From Heterodontus francisci (lineage: Eukaryota), in contig NC_090396.1 of assembly GCF_036365525.1 (NCBI RefSeq), positions 69,171,194-69,235,193 on the forward strand: a stretch of DNA of 64,000 nucleotides, written 5' to 3'. This document shows, in pieces, positions 49,421 to 62,491 of this stretch; the first letter of the stretch is position 1; each line of letters opens with the position of its first letter. A model generated the notes under the pieces. That model had not been told where the DNA came from. It saw only the letters and a program-made list of their open reading frames with translations, and made no database searches. A program made the translations under genes and the position numbers.

Positions 49421-49424
49421 AAGG

Positions 49425-51320
49425 CACCGTGGACCAACAGCAACAGCTGAAGCGTATTCAACCACAATTTGTAACCTCATGGCCCGGCATATCCCTCACT
49501 TTACCAGGGGATCAACCTGGGTTCAATGAGGAGTGCAAGAGAGCATACTTAAAAATGACTGCTAACCTGGTGAAGCTACAAATCAGGACTACATGCGTGG
49601 TACACAGCGGAAGAAGCATGTAATAGAGCCAAATGATCCCACAATCAATGGATCAGATCAAAGCACTGCAGTCCTGCCACATCCAGTCATGAATGGTGAT
49701 AACCAGAGGAGGAGGCTCCACAAATATCCCCATCCTCAATGAGGAGGGAACCCAGAACATCAGTGCAAAAAACAAGGCTCAAACATTTGCAACCATCTTC
49801 AGCCAGAAGTGCTAAGTTGATGATCCATGTTGGCCTCCTCCTGAGGTCCCCAGCATCACAGCTGCCAGTCTACAGCCAATTCAGTTCATTCCATGTAATA
49901 TCAAGAAAGTCTGAAGGCATTGGATATAGCAAGGGCTATGGGCCCTGACAACATCCCGACTGTACTACTGAAGACTGGTGCTCCAGAACTAACAGCACCC
50001 CAAGGCAAGCTGTTCCAGTACAGCTACAACATTGGGACCTACGTGATAGTGTGGAAAAGAAGTGAGGTGGGGCTTATTAGGGACAAAGAGGGTGATATAT
50101 TTAAGTGCAGCTTGATGGAACAGTCAGCAATAACCTGCTCACCAATGTTCAGTTTGGGTTCTGCCAGGGGCACTCAGCTCCAGACCTCATTACAGCCTTG
50201 GTTCAAACATGGACAGAAGAGGTGAGGTGAGAGTGACTGCCTTTGACATCCAGGCAGCATTTGACCAAGTGTGGCATCAAGGAACCTTAGCAAAATTAAA
50301 GTCAATGGGAATCAGGGGGAAATGCTTCAATGGTTGGAGTCATACCTAACACAAAGGAAGATATTTGTTGGAGGCCAGTCATCTCAGCTCTAGGTTATCA
50401 CTGCAGAAGTTCCTCTGGGTAGTGTGCTCGGCCCAACCATCTTCAGCTGCTTCATCAATGACCTTCCCTCTTATCATAAGGTCGGAAGTGGGGATGTTTG
50501 CTGATGATGTTCAGTACCATTCAAGACTCCTCAGATCCTGAAGCAGTCCGTACTCATGTGTAGAAAGATTTGGACAAGAGTCAGGCTTTGGCTGATAGTG
50601 GAAAGTAAGGTTCGTGCCACACAAGTGCAGGCAATGACCATCTCCAACAAGAGAGAATCTAACCATCTCCCCTTGATGTTCAATGGCATTCCTGTCACTG
50701 CATCTCCCACTATCAACATCCTTGTGCTTACCATTGACCAGAAGCTTAACTGGACCAGCCATTTAAATACTGTGGCTACAAAAACAGGCCAGAGGCTGGG
50801 AATTCTGCGGCAAGTAACTCACCTCCTGACTGCCCAAAGTCTGTCCACTATCTTCAAAGCACAAGTTGGGAGTGTGATTGAATATTCCCCACTTGGGTGG
50901 ACAAGTGCAGCTCCGACAACACTCAAGTAGTTCAACACCATCCAGGACAAAACAACCTGCTTGATCGGCACTGCCTCCACCACTAGCACACTGCAGCAAC
51001 TTGCCAAGTCACCTTCAACAGCACCTTCCAAACCCATGACCTCTACCACCTAGAAGGACAAGGGCAGCAGGTGCATGGGAACACCACCACCTGCAAGTTC
51101 CCCTCCATGCCACACATCATCCTGATTTGGAATTATATTACCGTTCTTTCACTGTTGCTGGGTCAAAAACATGGAACTCCTAACAGCACTGTAGTTGTAC
51201 CTATACCAGATGGGCTGCAGTGGTTCAAGAAGGCAGCTTATCACCACCTTCTCGAGGGCAATTACGGATGAACAACAAATGCTGGCCTTGCCAGCAACGC
51301 TCCCATCCCATGAAAATATT
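49425..51320 (+). mobile_element. Decayed family-B LINE, 3' part
   Basis: AMGPDNIP, DIQAAFD, VPLGSVLGP, MFADD; same 3' tail as 820-2517. Confidence 0.82.
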
Positions 51321-51516
51321 TATAAAAGCTATCTTCCTCAAAGTTCACCGTGCTTTGAAGTTTTGTGTCATGTGCAAATTTTGTGCAGACCCAAATCTAG
51401 GTCATTAACATAGGCTAAGCAAGAGTCCTAATATCGACCCATGGAGAACCCCACTATATACTTTCCTCCAGTCCAAAAAACATCTGGCCATTCACTTAGC
51501 CAACTTTGTATCCATG

Positions 51517-51652
51517 CAGTTCCGATGAAGGGTCACTGACCCGAAACGTTAACTCTGCTTCTCTTTCCACAGATGCTGCCAGATCTGCTGAGTGATTCCA
51601 GCATTTCTTGTTTTTATTTCAGATTTCCAGCATCCGCAGTATTTTGCTTTTA
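51517..51652 (+). mobile_element. Short Penelope pLTR-like element with hammerhead-like motif (core variant CCGAUGA)
   Basis: cagttCCGATGAagggtcactgacccGAAACGTTaact; perfect 12-bp TSD tttgtatccatg (51505-51516 / 51653-51664). Confidence 0.8.
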
Positions 51653-53183
51653 TTTGTATCCATGTTGTTGCTCTCCTTTTTATTCCACGTGCGTCAACTT
51701 TGCTGACAAGCCTGTTATGTGGCACTTCATCAAATGCCTTTTGGATGTCCATTTACACCACATCAACTGCATTACCCTCATCAACCCTCCCTGTTACTTC
51801 ATCGAAAAACTCAATCAAGTTAGTTAAACATGATTTGCCCAAAACAAATCTGTGCTGGCTTTCCTTAATTATTCCATCTTTGTCCAAGTTACAGTTAATT
51901 TTGTGCCGGCATATTGTTTCTAAAAGCTTTCCCACCACCAAGTTAAACAGACTGGCCTATAGTTGCTTTTTTTTATCTTTAAACTCATTTTTGAACAAGG
52001 GTGTGACATTTGCAAATATCCAGTCCTCAGGCACGATCCCTGTATCTAAGGAGGATTGGAAGATTATGGCCAATGTCTCTGCAATTTCCATCCTTACTTC
52101 CCTCAGTATCCTCAGATGCATCTGATCCGGTCCTGGTAGACTAACACCTTTAAAGTACAGCCTGCCTTTCTCTATCAATTTTAGCCCATCCAGTGTGTCA
52201 ACAAGACAAGTAGACAGTCTCAACTAGACAGTGTCTCTAGATAGTTATTCAGTACTCTGTTGAGGTAGATGATCAACAATGATCTAATTGAAAGGTGGAG
52301 CAGTCCCGACCGGTGGAATGGCCTGCTTCTATTCCTATGTTCTTAACTACCTCCTCTTTCACTGAGGCTTTGGCAGCATCTTCTTCCTTGGTAAAGTCAG
52401 ATGCAAAGTAGTGATTTTGTACGCCATACATTCTGTCTCCACACGTAAATCTCCTTTTATGTCTCTAATTATCCCCACTTCTATTACTTTTACTGTTCAT
52501 ATGCCTTTAGAAGATTTTTGGATTCTCTTTTATGTTGGCGGCCAGTCTCTTCTCATAATCTCTTTTTACTGCTCTTATTTCTTTTTTCACTTCCCCTCTG
52601 AGTTTTCTATATTCATCCTGGTTCTCACTTGTATATTCAACCTGGCATCTGTATTATGCACCCCTTTTTCTGCTTCATCTTACTCTCTATCTCTTTCATC
52701 ACCCAGGGAGCTCTGGCTTTGTTTGTCCTACCCTTCAACATCCTGGGAATGTAAATCGACTGTACCCAAGCCATCTCCTCGTTAAAGGCAGCCTGCCAAA
52801 ACAGTTTTGCTTGCCAGTCTTCGATTCCAGTTTACTTGGGCCAGATCCGTTCTCACGCCATTTAAATTGGCCCTCCCTCAATTTATTTATTTTTATGCTG
52901 GATTGCTCTTTGTCCTTTTTCCATAGCTAACTTAAACCTTATGATACTATGATCACTGTCCCCTAAATGTTCCCATACTGACATTTGATCCATTTGTCCC
53001 ACCTCATTCTCCAGAACCAGATCCAGCAATGCCACCTTCCTCGTTGGATTGGAAATATACCAATGTAGAAAATTCTCCTGAACACCCTTTAGAAACTCTT
53101 GCCCCATCTGTCCTTTACACTATTATTTGCTGACTATATTAGGACAATTAAAGTCCCCATTACAATTACTCTATAGTTGATGC

Positions 53184-54395
53184 GGAGGAAAATTCCTTCT
53201 TCAGAGGATTTGAACGCATGTGAAAGCAGCAGGGAGAAGAAAATCCCAAAAAGTGTGGGTGCGAGAACACAGCCCTGTTTCACACCACTCAGGATAGGAA
53301 AGGGCTCTCCACACAAGATCAGGGGGCAGGTTGTTCAACCTTGCCCGTCTAAGAGCGAAGTCCAAAGTACGGAAAGTCCTCATCAGAGAACTCCTCTTTG
53401 CTGACGATGCTGCTTTAACATCTCACACTGAAGAGTGCCTGCAGAGTCTCATCGACAGGTTTGCGGCTGCCTGCAATGAATTTGGCCTAACCATCAGCCT
53501 CAAGAAAACGAACATCATGGGGTAGGACGTCAGAAATGCTCCATCCATCAATATTGGCGACCACGCTCTGGAAGTGGTTCAAGAGTTCACCTACCTAGGC
53601 TCAACTATCACCAGTAACCTGTCTCTAGATGCAGAAATCAACAAGCGCATGGGTAAGGCTTCCACTGCTATGTCCAGACTGGCCAAGAGAGTGTGGGAAA
53701 ATGGCGCACTGACACGGAACACAAAAGTCCGAGTGTATCAGGCCTGTGTCCTCAGTACCTTGCTCTACGGCAGCGAGGCCTGGACAACGTATGCCAGCCA
53801 CGAGCGACGTCTCAACTCATTCCATCTTCGCTGCCTTCGGAGAATACTTGGCATCAGGTGGCAGGACTATATCTCCAACACAGAAGTCCTTGAAGCGGCC
53901 AACACCCCCAGCTTATACACACTACTGAGTCAGCGGCGCTTGAGATGGCTTGGCCATGTGAGCCGCATGGAAGATGGCAGGATCCCCAAAGACACATTGT
54001 ACAGCGAGCTCGCCACTGGTATCAGACCCACCGGCCGTCCATGTCTCCGCTATAAAGACGTCTGCAAACGCGACAGGAAATCGTGTGACATTGATCACAA
54101 GTCGTGTGAGTCAATTGCCAGCATTCGCCAGAGCTGGCAGGCAGCCATAAAGACAGGGCTAAATTGTGGCGAGTCGAAGAGACTTAGTAGTTGGCAGGAA
54201 AAAAGACAGAGGTGCAAGGGGAGAGCCAACTGTGCAACAGCCCCGACAAACAAATTTCTCTGCAGCACCTGTGGATGAGCCTGTCACTCCAGAATTGGCC
54301 TTTATAGCCACTCCAGGCGCTGCTTCACAAACCACTGACCACCTCCAGGCGCGTATCCATTGTCTCTCGAGATAAGGAGGCCCAAAAGAAAGAAA
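53184..54395 (+). mobile_element. RTE-clade LINE with 5' inversion (53184-~53308 inverted)
   Basis: The inverted segment encodes GVKQGCVLAP…SEEGIFL and the + segment continues HTRSGGRL…; 11-bp TSD atagttgatgc. Confidence 0.9.
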
Positions 54396-55955
54396 ATAGT
54401 TGATGCACCTCGATGTACTTCCCTTGCAAATTTATTCCCTTATATTTTTCCCACTGGTTGGTGGCCTATAGAATACACACAGTCGTATAATGGGTACCTC
54501 TATCGTTTCTTAGCTCTAAAGAAATAGATTCTGTCCTTGACCCCTCTAGACATCCTCTCTCTCCAGCACTATCCTTAATTAATGCTGGTACCTCTCCTCC
54601 TTTCTTTCCTTCCCTACTTTTCCTGAACACCTTGTATCTAGAATAGTTAATACCCAGTCCTGCCCTTTTTTGAGCTAGGTCTCCGTTATTGGCACAACAT
54701 CATATTTCCACATGGCCTGCCCCTGCAGCTCACCACCTTATTTACCACACTCTGTACATTCACATATTTGCATAGTAAACCTAATTTAGACTTAATTACA
54801 TTCCTTCTTACTCTGACCCACTTTATACCTTACTATTTCTTACTCTAGTGCTGACTGTCCCTCCCAATTCTTTGTGCACCTTGTTTTTCCTCTCTAATGT
54901 TACCTCCTGGTCCCATCCCCCTGCCAAGTTAGTTTCAACCCTCCCGAATAGCAGTAGCAAACCACCCCACAAGGATATTATCAGATGCAACCCGTCCGGC
55001 CTGTACAGGTCCCATCTCACCCAGAACCGGTCCCAATGTCCCTGGAATCTAAAGCCCTCCCTCCTGCACCATCTATCCAGCCAAGCTTTATTCTCCAATT
55101 TCTATACTCGCTAGCAGTGGCACTGAAAATAATTCGGTGAGTACTATCTTTAAGGTACTGCTTTCTAGTTTCTTTCCTAGCTCCCTAAAATGTACATGCA
55201 GGACGTTTTGTTGTTGGCACCGCTGTGGACCACGACCTCTAGCTATTCAAGTGCCCCCTTCCAGTGTGTTCTGTAGCAGCTCAGTGACGTCCTTGACCCT
55301 GGTGCCAGGGAAGCAACATACCATCCTGGATTCATGTCTGCAGCCTCAAACACCTGTTTCCCTAACTGTAGAATCACCTGTCACTATTGCTTTCCCAATC
55401 TTCCTCTTGTACCCTGTACAGCTGAGCCAGCTGTGGTGCCGTGGACTTGGCTCTGGCTGCACTCCCCAGAGGAACCATCACTGCCACCAGTATTCAGATC
55501 TGAATATCGTTTGGAGAGCGAGATGCACTCTGGAGACTTCTGCATTATCTACCTGGTCTTCCTTGACTGCCTGGTGGTCACCCATTCCTTCTCTGAATGG
55601 AAACCCTTAAGCTGTGGGGTGACCATATCCAGAAACATGCTGTCCTTGGAACTCTCAACATAGTGACGTCAGCTACTGCTCAAGCTCCAAAACCCAAAGC
55701 TCGAGCTGCACTAGCTGACAACACATCCTACACATGTCATTGTCCAAGACACACAAAGAATCCTGGAGTTCCCACATGGAATAGGATGTGCACTCCTTGG
55801 GACTGAGATGCCCTGCCATTCCTCTATCTATTGGACTACTGACTGACTTCACAGAAATAAATTTAAGACAAATAAATACAGACTCACCAGTCTCTCACCA
55901 ATCAGCTGCTTCCCTTTTGCTGAGGTCACTTTATTTTATAGGGAGTTAACTCAAA

Positions 55956-56311
55956 TGCACAGTGGCGCAGTGGTTAGCACCACAGCCTCACAGCTCCAGC
56001 GACCCGGGTTCAGTTCTGGGTACTGCCTGTGTGGAGTTTGCGAGTTCTCCCTGTGTCTGCGTGGGTTTTCGCCGGGTACTCCGGTTTCCTCCCACCACCA
56101 AAAGACTTGCAGGTTGATAGGTAAATTGGCCATTATAAATTGCCCCTAGTATAGGTAGGTGGTAGGAGAATATAGGGACAGGTGGGGATGTGATGGGAAT
56201 ATGGGATTAGTGTAGGATTAGTATAAATGGGTGGTTGATGGTTGGCACAGACTCGGTGGGCCGAAGGGCCTGTTTCAGTGCTGTATCTCTAAATTAAAAA
56301 AAATAAAATAA
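55956..56311 (+). mobile_element. HE1-type SINE
   Basis: Highly similar to 9921-10273. Confidence 0.88.
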
Positions 56312-56544
56312 ACTCTTATTACCTACATACCTCAGATTTTAATTTACTGTAAAATTCAGAACGCTTTAGTGTTGCTATCCCTTTATATTTAATTTTAAAT
56401 TTATCCCTAGATTTGATTTGATTCATTGAACACCGATTTGTAACTATATGATTAAATTATCAAATTGGCTTTAGTTTTATGCTTAATAATTGATATTGTC
56501 TTAATTTATAGTTGATTAATTTAATCAATGAGGGTAGTGTATTT

Positions 56545-58470
56545 TAGTTTAGTTTAGTGATACAGCACTGAAACAGGCCCTTCGGCCCACCGAGTCTGTG
56601 CAAAATGTAAGAGTCCATGGGATCCAAGGGTAAGTGAAGTGAAAGTTGGATTTAGACTTGGCTCAGTGGATGAATGCAAAGTGTAATAGTCGACAGATGG
56701 TTTTGAGACTGGAAGGCAGTTTCCGATGGGGGTTCCACAGGCTCCATTGAGATAGAAAGATTTGTGGCACAGAAGGAGGCAATCGACCCATCATGTCCAT
56801 GCCGGTGGAAAAAGAGTTATCTAGTCCAATCCCGCTTTCCAGTTCTTGGTTTGTACCCCTGTTGGTTACGGCACGCCAAGTGCATATCCAAGTGTTTTTT
56901 AAATGTGATGAAGGTTTCTGCTTTTGCCACTCTTTCAGGCAGTGAGTTGCAGACTCCCACCACCCCCAGAGTATGAAGTTTCTCCTCAACTCTCTTCTAA
57001 TCCTTCCACCAATTACTTTAAATCTATGCCCCTGGTTATTGACCTCTCTGCTAATCGAAATAGGTCCTTCCTATTCACTCTATCTAGGCCCCTCATTATT
57101 TTATACCTCAATTAAATCTCCCTTCAGCCTCCTCTGTTCCGAAGAAAACTAACCCAGCTAATCCAATCTTTCTCGACAGCTAAAATTCTCCATTCCTGGC
57201 AACATCTTAGTAAATCTTTTCTGTAGCCTCTCTCATGTGATCACATCCTTCTGTAATGCGTTGACCAGAACTGTATGCAGTACTCTAGTTGAGGTCTAAC
57301 TAGTTTTTTATACAGTTCTAGCATTACCTCCTCTTATAGTCTAGGCCTCGGCCAATAAAAGGAAACTATCCTGGCGTACTTTTCTTTATTAGCTCGGGCA
57401 TGGCATGTAAGAGCAGGGAGGTTATGCTGGAGCTGTCTAAAATACTAGTTAGGCCACAGCTAAAGTACTGTGTACAGTTCTGGTCATCGCATTGCAGGAA
57501 AGATGTGATCACACTAGGATGGTACAGAGGAGATTTATGAGGATGTTGCCAAGAGTAGAAAGTTTTAGCAACGAGGCTAGATGGTATAGGCTATGGTTGT
57601 TTTCTTTGGAACAGAGGAGGCTGAGTGGAGATTTAATTGATGTGTGTAAAATTATGAGGAGTGTAGGTAGAGTGGACAGGAAATGCCTATTTTCATTAGG
57701 GGAGAGGTCAATAATCAGTGGGCATAGATTTAACGTCATTGGCAGAAGGATAACGGGAGAGTTGAGAAATGTTTTCACCCAGAGGATGCAGGTCTGGGTT
57801 GCACTGCCTGAAAGGGTGGTAGAGACAGAAACTGATAGCATTTAAAAAAAATACTTGCATTAAAAGCATTTTAAGTGCTGTAACCTACAGGGCTACAGAC
57901 CAAGCCTTAGGGATAGGCAATAAATGTTGGCCTAGCCAGCGATGCCCACATCCCATGAAGGAATAGAAAAAACAAAAGCTGGAAAGCTGGATTCGACTGG
58001 ATTGCTCATTTTTGGCTGGCACAGACACGATGGGCCAAATGGCCTCCTTCTGTAAATTTTCTATGTTCTACATTGTAAGTTCTTAGGATTTGTCGGCACA
58101 AGCACTTATTGGAACGCAAGAATTTGTGAGACAAGAACAGGTCCGATTACTTTTGATGGAAAGTGTACCCTTATATCATTTTTGGGACAGTATCTACAAT
58201 TATTATTGTTTTTGACTTTGATCATTGGAGGATGAACAAACAGTTTATATTTAATCCGAAGATAATGAATGTATGAAACGGACTACCAGGGAGATAATGG
58301 AGGAGGATAGTCTTAGCAAATTCAAGAGAGATTCACAGATTTCCAATGAAAGATGCGATTGAAAGGTATGAGGTAGAATATAGCAGTTATGTCTTGAATT
58401 TTGGGACTGGTGAGCTGGGCCACAGTGGGCTTTTCTGATCCTGTATATCGATAGGTTCCTATGATCTCCA
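56545..58470. mobile_element. Cluster of fragments: HE1 tail (-) 56545-56600, CR1 pieces in both orientations, and a family-B 3' tail at ~57906-57975
   Basis: ORFs 56663-56989 (-) and 57492-57845 (+) have CR1 motifs; tagggataggcaataaatgttggcctagccagcgatgcccacatcccatga matches the family-B tail. Confidence 0.75.
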
Positions 58471-59311
58471 AGTATCTTCACTGTTTTTTTGCTTTATGAT
58501 ATCAGGAGTAGTTTTGCAGGGCTCTCCAGTGTGGCACCTTGCTTAATGCAAGTCCAGGTGGAGACAGAAATGTAACATTATAAAGCCAATTCTGTGACCT
58601 ACACATCTGTTCTCTGAGGCTCCATGCTGGAATATAAAGTATACTAATAGTATAATTTCAAACTTCTGGTAGATATGTTCTACATAGTATCACTGTTTAC
58701 TAAGAGCCAAGGAATAGTTGGTGACTAGCTGGTAGTATTAGTTACCATTGGACATTTATGACCAAAATGACAGCAGGTTTACGTCTGACTGCACTGTATT
58801 TATCTGAGGTGCACTTTCCTTGCGTTGTTATTTTGTTTCTTTTTCAAGCATTTAAAATCTGAATGTTTCTAGCTATTAATTACCTGCTCTAAACCTTATC
58901 TTTTAAGTTTCATAAATTATGTATTGCCTAAAACATTTCTTCATTCCCAGTACTTTTAAGATCAGTTTGAGCTATTGTTTTGGTACTAAAATACCACTCC
59001 ATTTCTCTAAAATTTAAAGTGTTTGCCACATGAGCATGAACACATTGCGTTATTTATAGTTTTCAGAGTATGCAGTTTGCCATAACATGGCAGCTATTGG
59101 ATATTATGACCAAATTATGTTATTAGATTCCAATTGACTCCTGGATAATTTATTTTTCACTTGAAGGTAGATTTTGCTTTTACCCTTTCTTTTCTCTCTC
59201 TCTCTCTCTCCACCACCCCCCCCCCCCTCACCCCACTCCACCAACTTTTCTTTATTCTAAAATAAATTATATGTCTGCTAAAAGGCATTGCAGTTGTGAG
59301 CGCTCTTTGAT

Positions 59312-59660
59312 TTTTTTAGATTAGATTAGAGATACAGCACTGAAACAGGCCCTTCGGCCCACCGAGTCTGTGCCGAACATCAACCACCCATTTATACTAA
59401 TCCTACACTAATCCCATATTCCTACCAAACATCCCCACCTGTCCCTATATTTCCCTACCACCTACCTATACTAGTGACAATTTATAATGGCCAATTTACC
59501 TATCAACCTGCAAGTCTTTTGGCAGGAAACCGGAGCACCCGGAGAAAACCCACGCAGACACAGGGAGAACTTGCAAACTCCACACAGGCTGTACCTGGAA
59601 TCAAACCCGGGTCCCTGGAGCTGTGAGGCTGCGGTGCTAACTACTGCGCCACTGTGCCGC
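59312..59660 (-). mobile_element. HE1-type SINE
   Basis: Reverse complement of 9921-10273 with (TCTAA)n tail. Confidence 0.88.
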
Positions 59661-60289
59661 ACTGTTTCTTTTGAAACGCTGTGTGTATAGGTGTAAATGA
59701 CTAATCAAAGCATTAGTAATGCACTACATCGATTCTTATCAGTTATAAGTGTACACTAGTGCTTCTTGTTCCCTCTCAGAATCATATTCAGAAATAATTC
59801 AGGACTGGGATTTTTTTCTAGCCTTCCCCCACCACCCTCACAACCTTTCCCCCATAATAACAATTGAACACCATTGTTGCAATTTTTTATTCAAGCAGTA
59901 CCTGGAAGGTACAGCTTATTGTAGCCTACCTTGTAGAAGGTACGACACCTTGGACTACCAACTATCCGACCTATAGTAAACTGCACACTAGAATTGATGT
60001 CTTTACCTACTTAGGTAAATTAAATAGCAAAACACAAATCAGAGCATGTACAGGTTTAAATTACATCCACATTTGTTTTTAAAATGGTAGGGGATTAAAT
60101 AGATCGCTTTTTCAGAGATCTCCCACAGGTGCAATGTACTGACCAGTTCCTTGGTGCTGTAAAATTCAATGCCTTTAAAGCACAGGTGATACTTCAGCCT
60201 AATTAGTCGAATACTACAGAGCACAAGACCGTGTTCACATATACACAACATTGAAAGTACATTGAGAATTTAACTTCTGGAATTAAACA

Positions 60290-60665
60290 GAACAACTCAT
60301 TAGCTGTTCCCAGCCACAGCTGCAATGGCGGTGCTCCAACTGGCTATATTGTTCTGATGAAGGGTCACTGACCTGAAACGTTAACTCTGCTTCTCTCTCC
60401 ACAGATGCTGCCAGACCTGCTGAGTATTTCCAGCATTTCTTGTTTTTACTACAGTGCTCTGTTAGGGAAAGGAAAATTAGTTGGGGTTCCTGTTTCTGAC
60501 CGTTATTCAGAAAAACTGTGCATGGGTGGACGTCAGAATATGCCCCACAGTTGAACAACCTGACAGACTCACACATGAATAATAATATACTGGATGAGAT
60601 ATTGGAGGGAAAACAGTGCCCCTGGGACGGTGTCAGTGATGGAGTCAACACATGCAAGAAAGGAA
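60290..60665 (+). mobile_element. Degenerate SacSINE1-like (DeuSINE) copy interrupted by a hammerhead element
   Basis: ttagggaaaggaaaattagttggggttcctgtttctgaccgttattcag…gtggacgtc…ctcacacatgaa resembles the recalled SacSINE1 consensus. Confidence 0.5.
60351..60448 (+). ncRNA. Minimal type-I hammerhead ribozyme motif (60351-60386) at the end of a short Penelope pLTR-like element
   Basis: gttCTGATGA-agggtcactgacct-GAAAC-GTT-aac: intact core boxes, stem II, palindromic AACGUU stem III, stem I guu/aac. Confidence 0.7.
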
Positions 60666-61280
60666 AAACAATCGGAAGAGACAAATCAAAGAGAAAGAAG
60701 CTAAAGTTTTAAGTAATAGCAGTGAAAAGGAAACAAGTCAGTCTTTTCATGTTATTTTTGGTGATCGGTTAATGTCTTGAGCTGTACCCTTCAGTTAGGG
60801 GGCGTTACATGAAATACGTAAGTTGCTTTCAGAATCCATTCCCCTGGACCAAACTAATAGAAAATACAGCAAAAACTAGATAGCTGTAGGAAAAGGACAG
60901 AATTTTTCTATATATTAAAAATTTTTTGTACGTACTCACTTATTATCTAAAGTCATGATTTTTTTGTCATGCTTTCATGTCAATATTTTACATTGAAACT
61001 GCCTATCTAAGCATTTAGAATGGAAATTGTGTAAGTAAGCAGCTATCTATAATATAATTGCAGACTCTGGTCAGTGGTTGATGTGGAGCAGGTTTCTGAA
61101 ATCTCTTTCCTATACTTTGTTGTTGCCTCGTATATTAAAAAAAAATGCATTAAATAACCATGGTGAACCTCATAGGTAATTTACTGTACCCTAAATATAG
61201 TCATTTTTATATTGACTAATGCAGTGTTAATGGCACTACCTTGTGACACACCAGATCTTGTGCAATTGGAAGTAACAACA

Positions 61281-61373
61281 AAAATAAACTTGCCAGTTTT
61301 ACTAAGGCAGGGAGTCAAAGTAATCCGGTGAAAGCCTTGCCACTAACCTCAGTGAATCTGGCAAGTTTATTTT
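61281..61373. repeat. Inverted repeat / hairpin
   Basis: Perfect 16-bp arms AAAATAAACTTGCCAG / CTGGCAAGTTTATTTT, extendable to ~27 bp with mismatches. Confidence 0.8.
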
Positions 61374-62491
61374 GGAATTATTGCCGTCTATGAAAGGCCC
61401 CCTGCTCAGGAGCCAACTGCACTAGAGCCATATACAAGTGGCTTATAATGTGGGATTTCAACAACTCTTAATGAAACTGTCCATAACCAGCAGCAATGGT
61501 TACACTGAAGGCCAGTTCATTACCCAGAGAACATGCACACAGGTTACAATGAGATACAAAACCTTGTACCTTTAAAATACAATGATGCTATTTTCTCCAC
61601 AATATACATGGTAAACTTTCAAACTTAGCGCAATATCTTTTCTTTCAAAGACATGATGGTATTAATTAGATTCAAGGCAACAAACTCCTTTTTGGTGATT
61701 GATCAAAGGCAGAATCTAAACTAAAGAAAAAGCCAGCCAAACACAAAGAACTTCTGCTTATTTAACCCTTGGCTAGTTGTTCTGCCTGCATTATTCTCAT
61801 TTTAAAAAACCTTTTGAAAGTGCACAAATTCACAATTTCAGATGCCTTGGTACTTTCTGTAATTCTAATTGGAATGTCAGTGGTGTGAGTCTATGGGCGT
61901 ATCAATAATTTTGGCACTCTGTGCTACCATCATAGTTAAGGTGATAAGTTCCATTTAATGTTAATCAAGGTTTGCTCTCAAACAGTGTAATGTGGACTTA
62001 GTGGACAGGTAGCTTTAGAAGTTAAACCGTGGCCCCGTGAAAGTAGGGCTGCAATTGCTTGTCTGTGGTACTGAGCATTCCCAAAATCATTTCTCAAAAA
62101 CATACAAAATGTGACCTTCAGAAGTTTAGAATTTCTTTCAGAAGCAGACTCGTTAATGACACCAATATTGCGGGTGTATCTGTTTTATTTATGAGGTATC
62201 AGACTTTTGATTGGTAAGGCAATGTTAAAGATGTCAAGAATATCAATGTGTTTGTGTAATAGCCTTAAGATTTCATTACCTTTGACCCCTAAACTGCTCC
62301 AACTTCCTGATATATTGTGAATAGGCAAATCTTAGAAAAATGGTTAAAATCACACATTTAACTTATATTCTTCAGTAGACAGGAGCAAGTAGAGAACATT
62401 TAATCGAGGCATATATTTCAACAACAACAACAACTTCCATTTCTATAGTGGCTTTAAAATGTAGTAAGCCATGTCAAGGTTCTTGTTCAAT

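Larger units (their letters stand above)
51400..55930 (-). mobile_element. Long decayed CR1 LINE (5' UTR/ORF1 to RT) with nested inserts
   Basis: ORF1 esterase WLDRWCRREGFRF…DGLHL (54823-55098), EN SDH (52883-53107), RT motifs (51549-52223). Confidence 0.85.
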
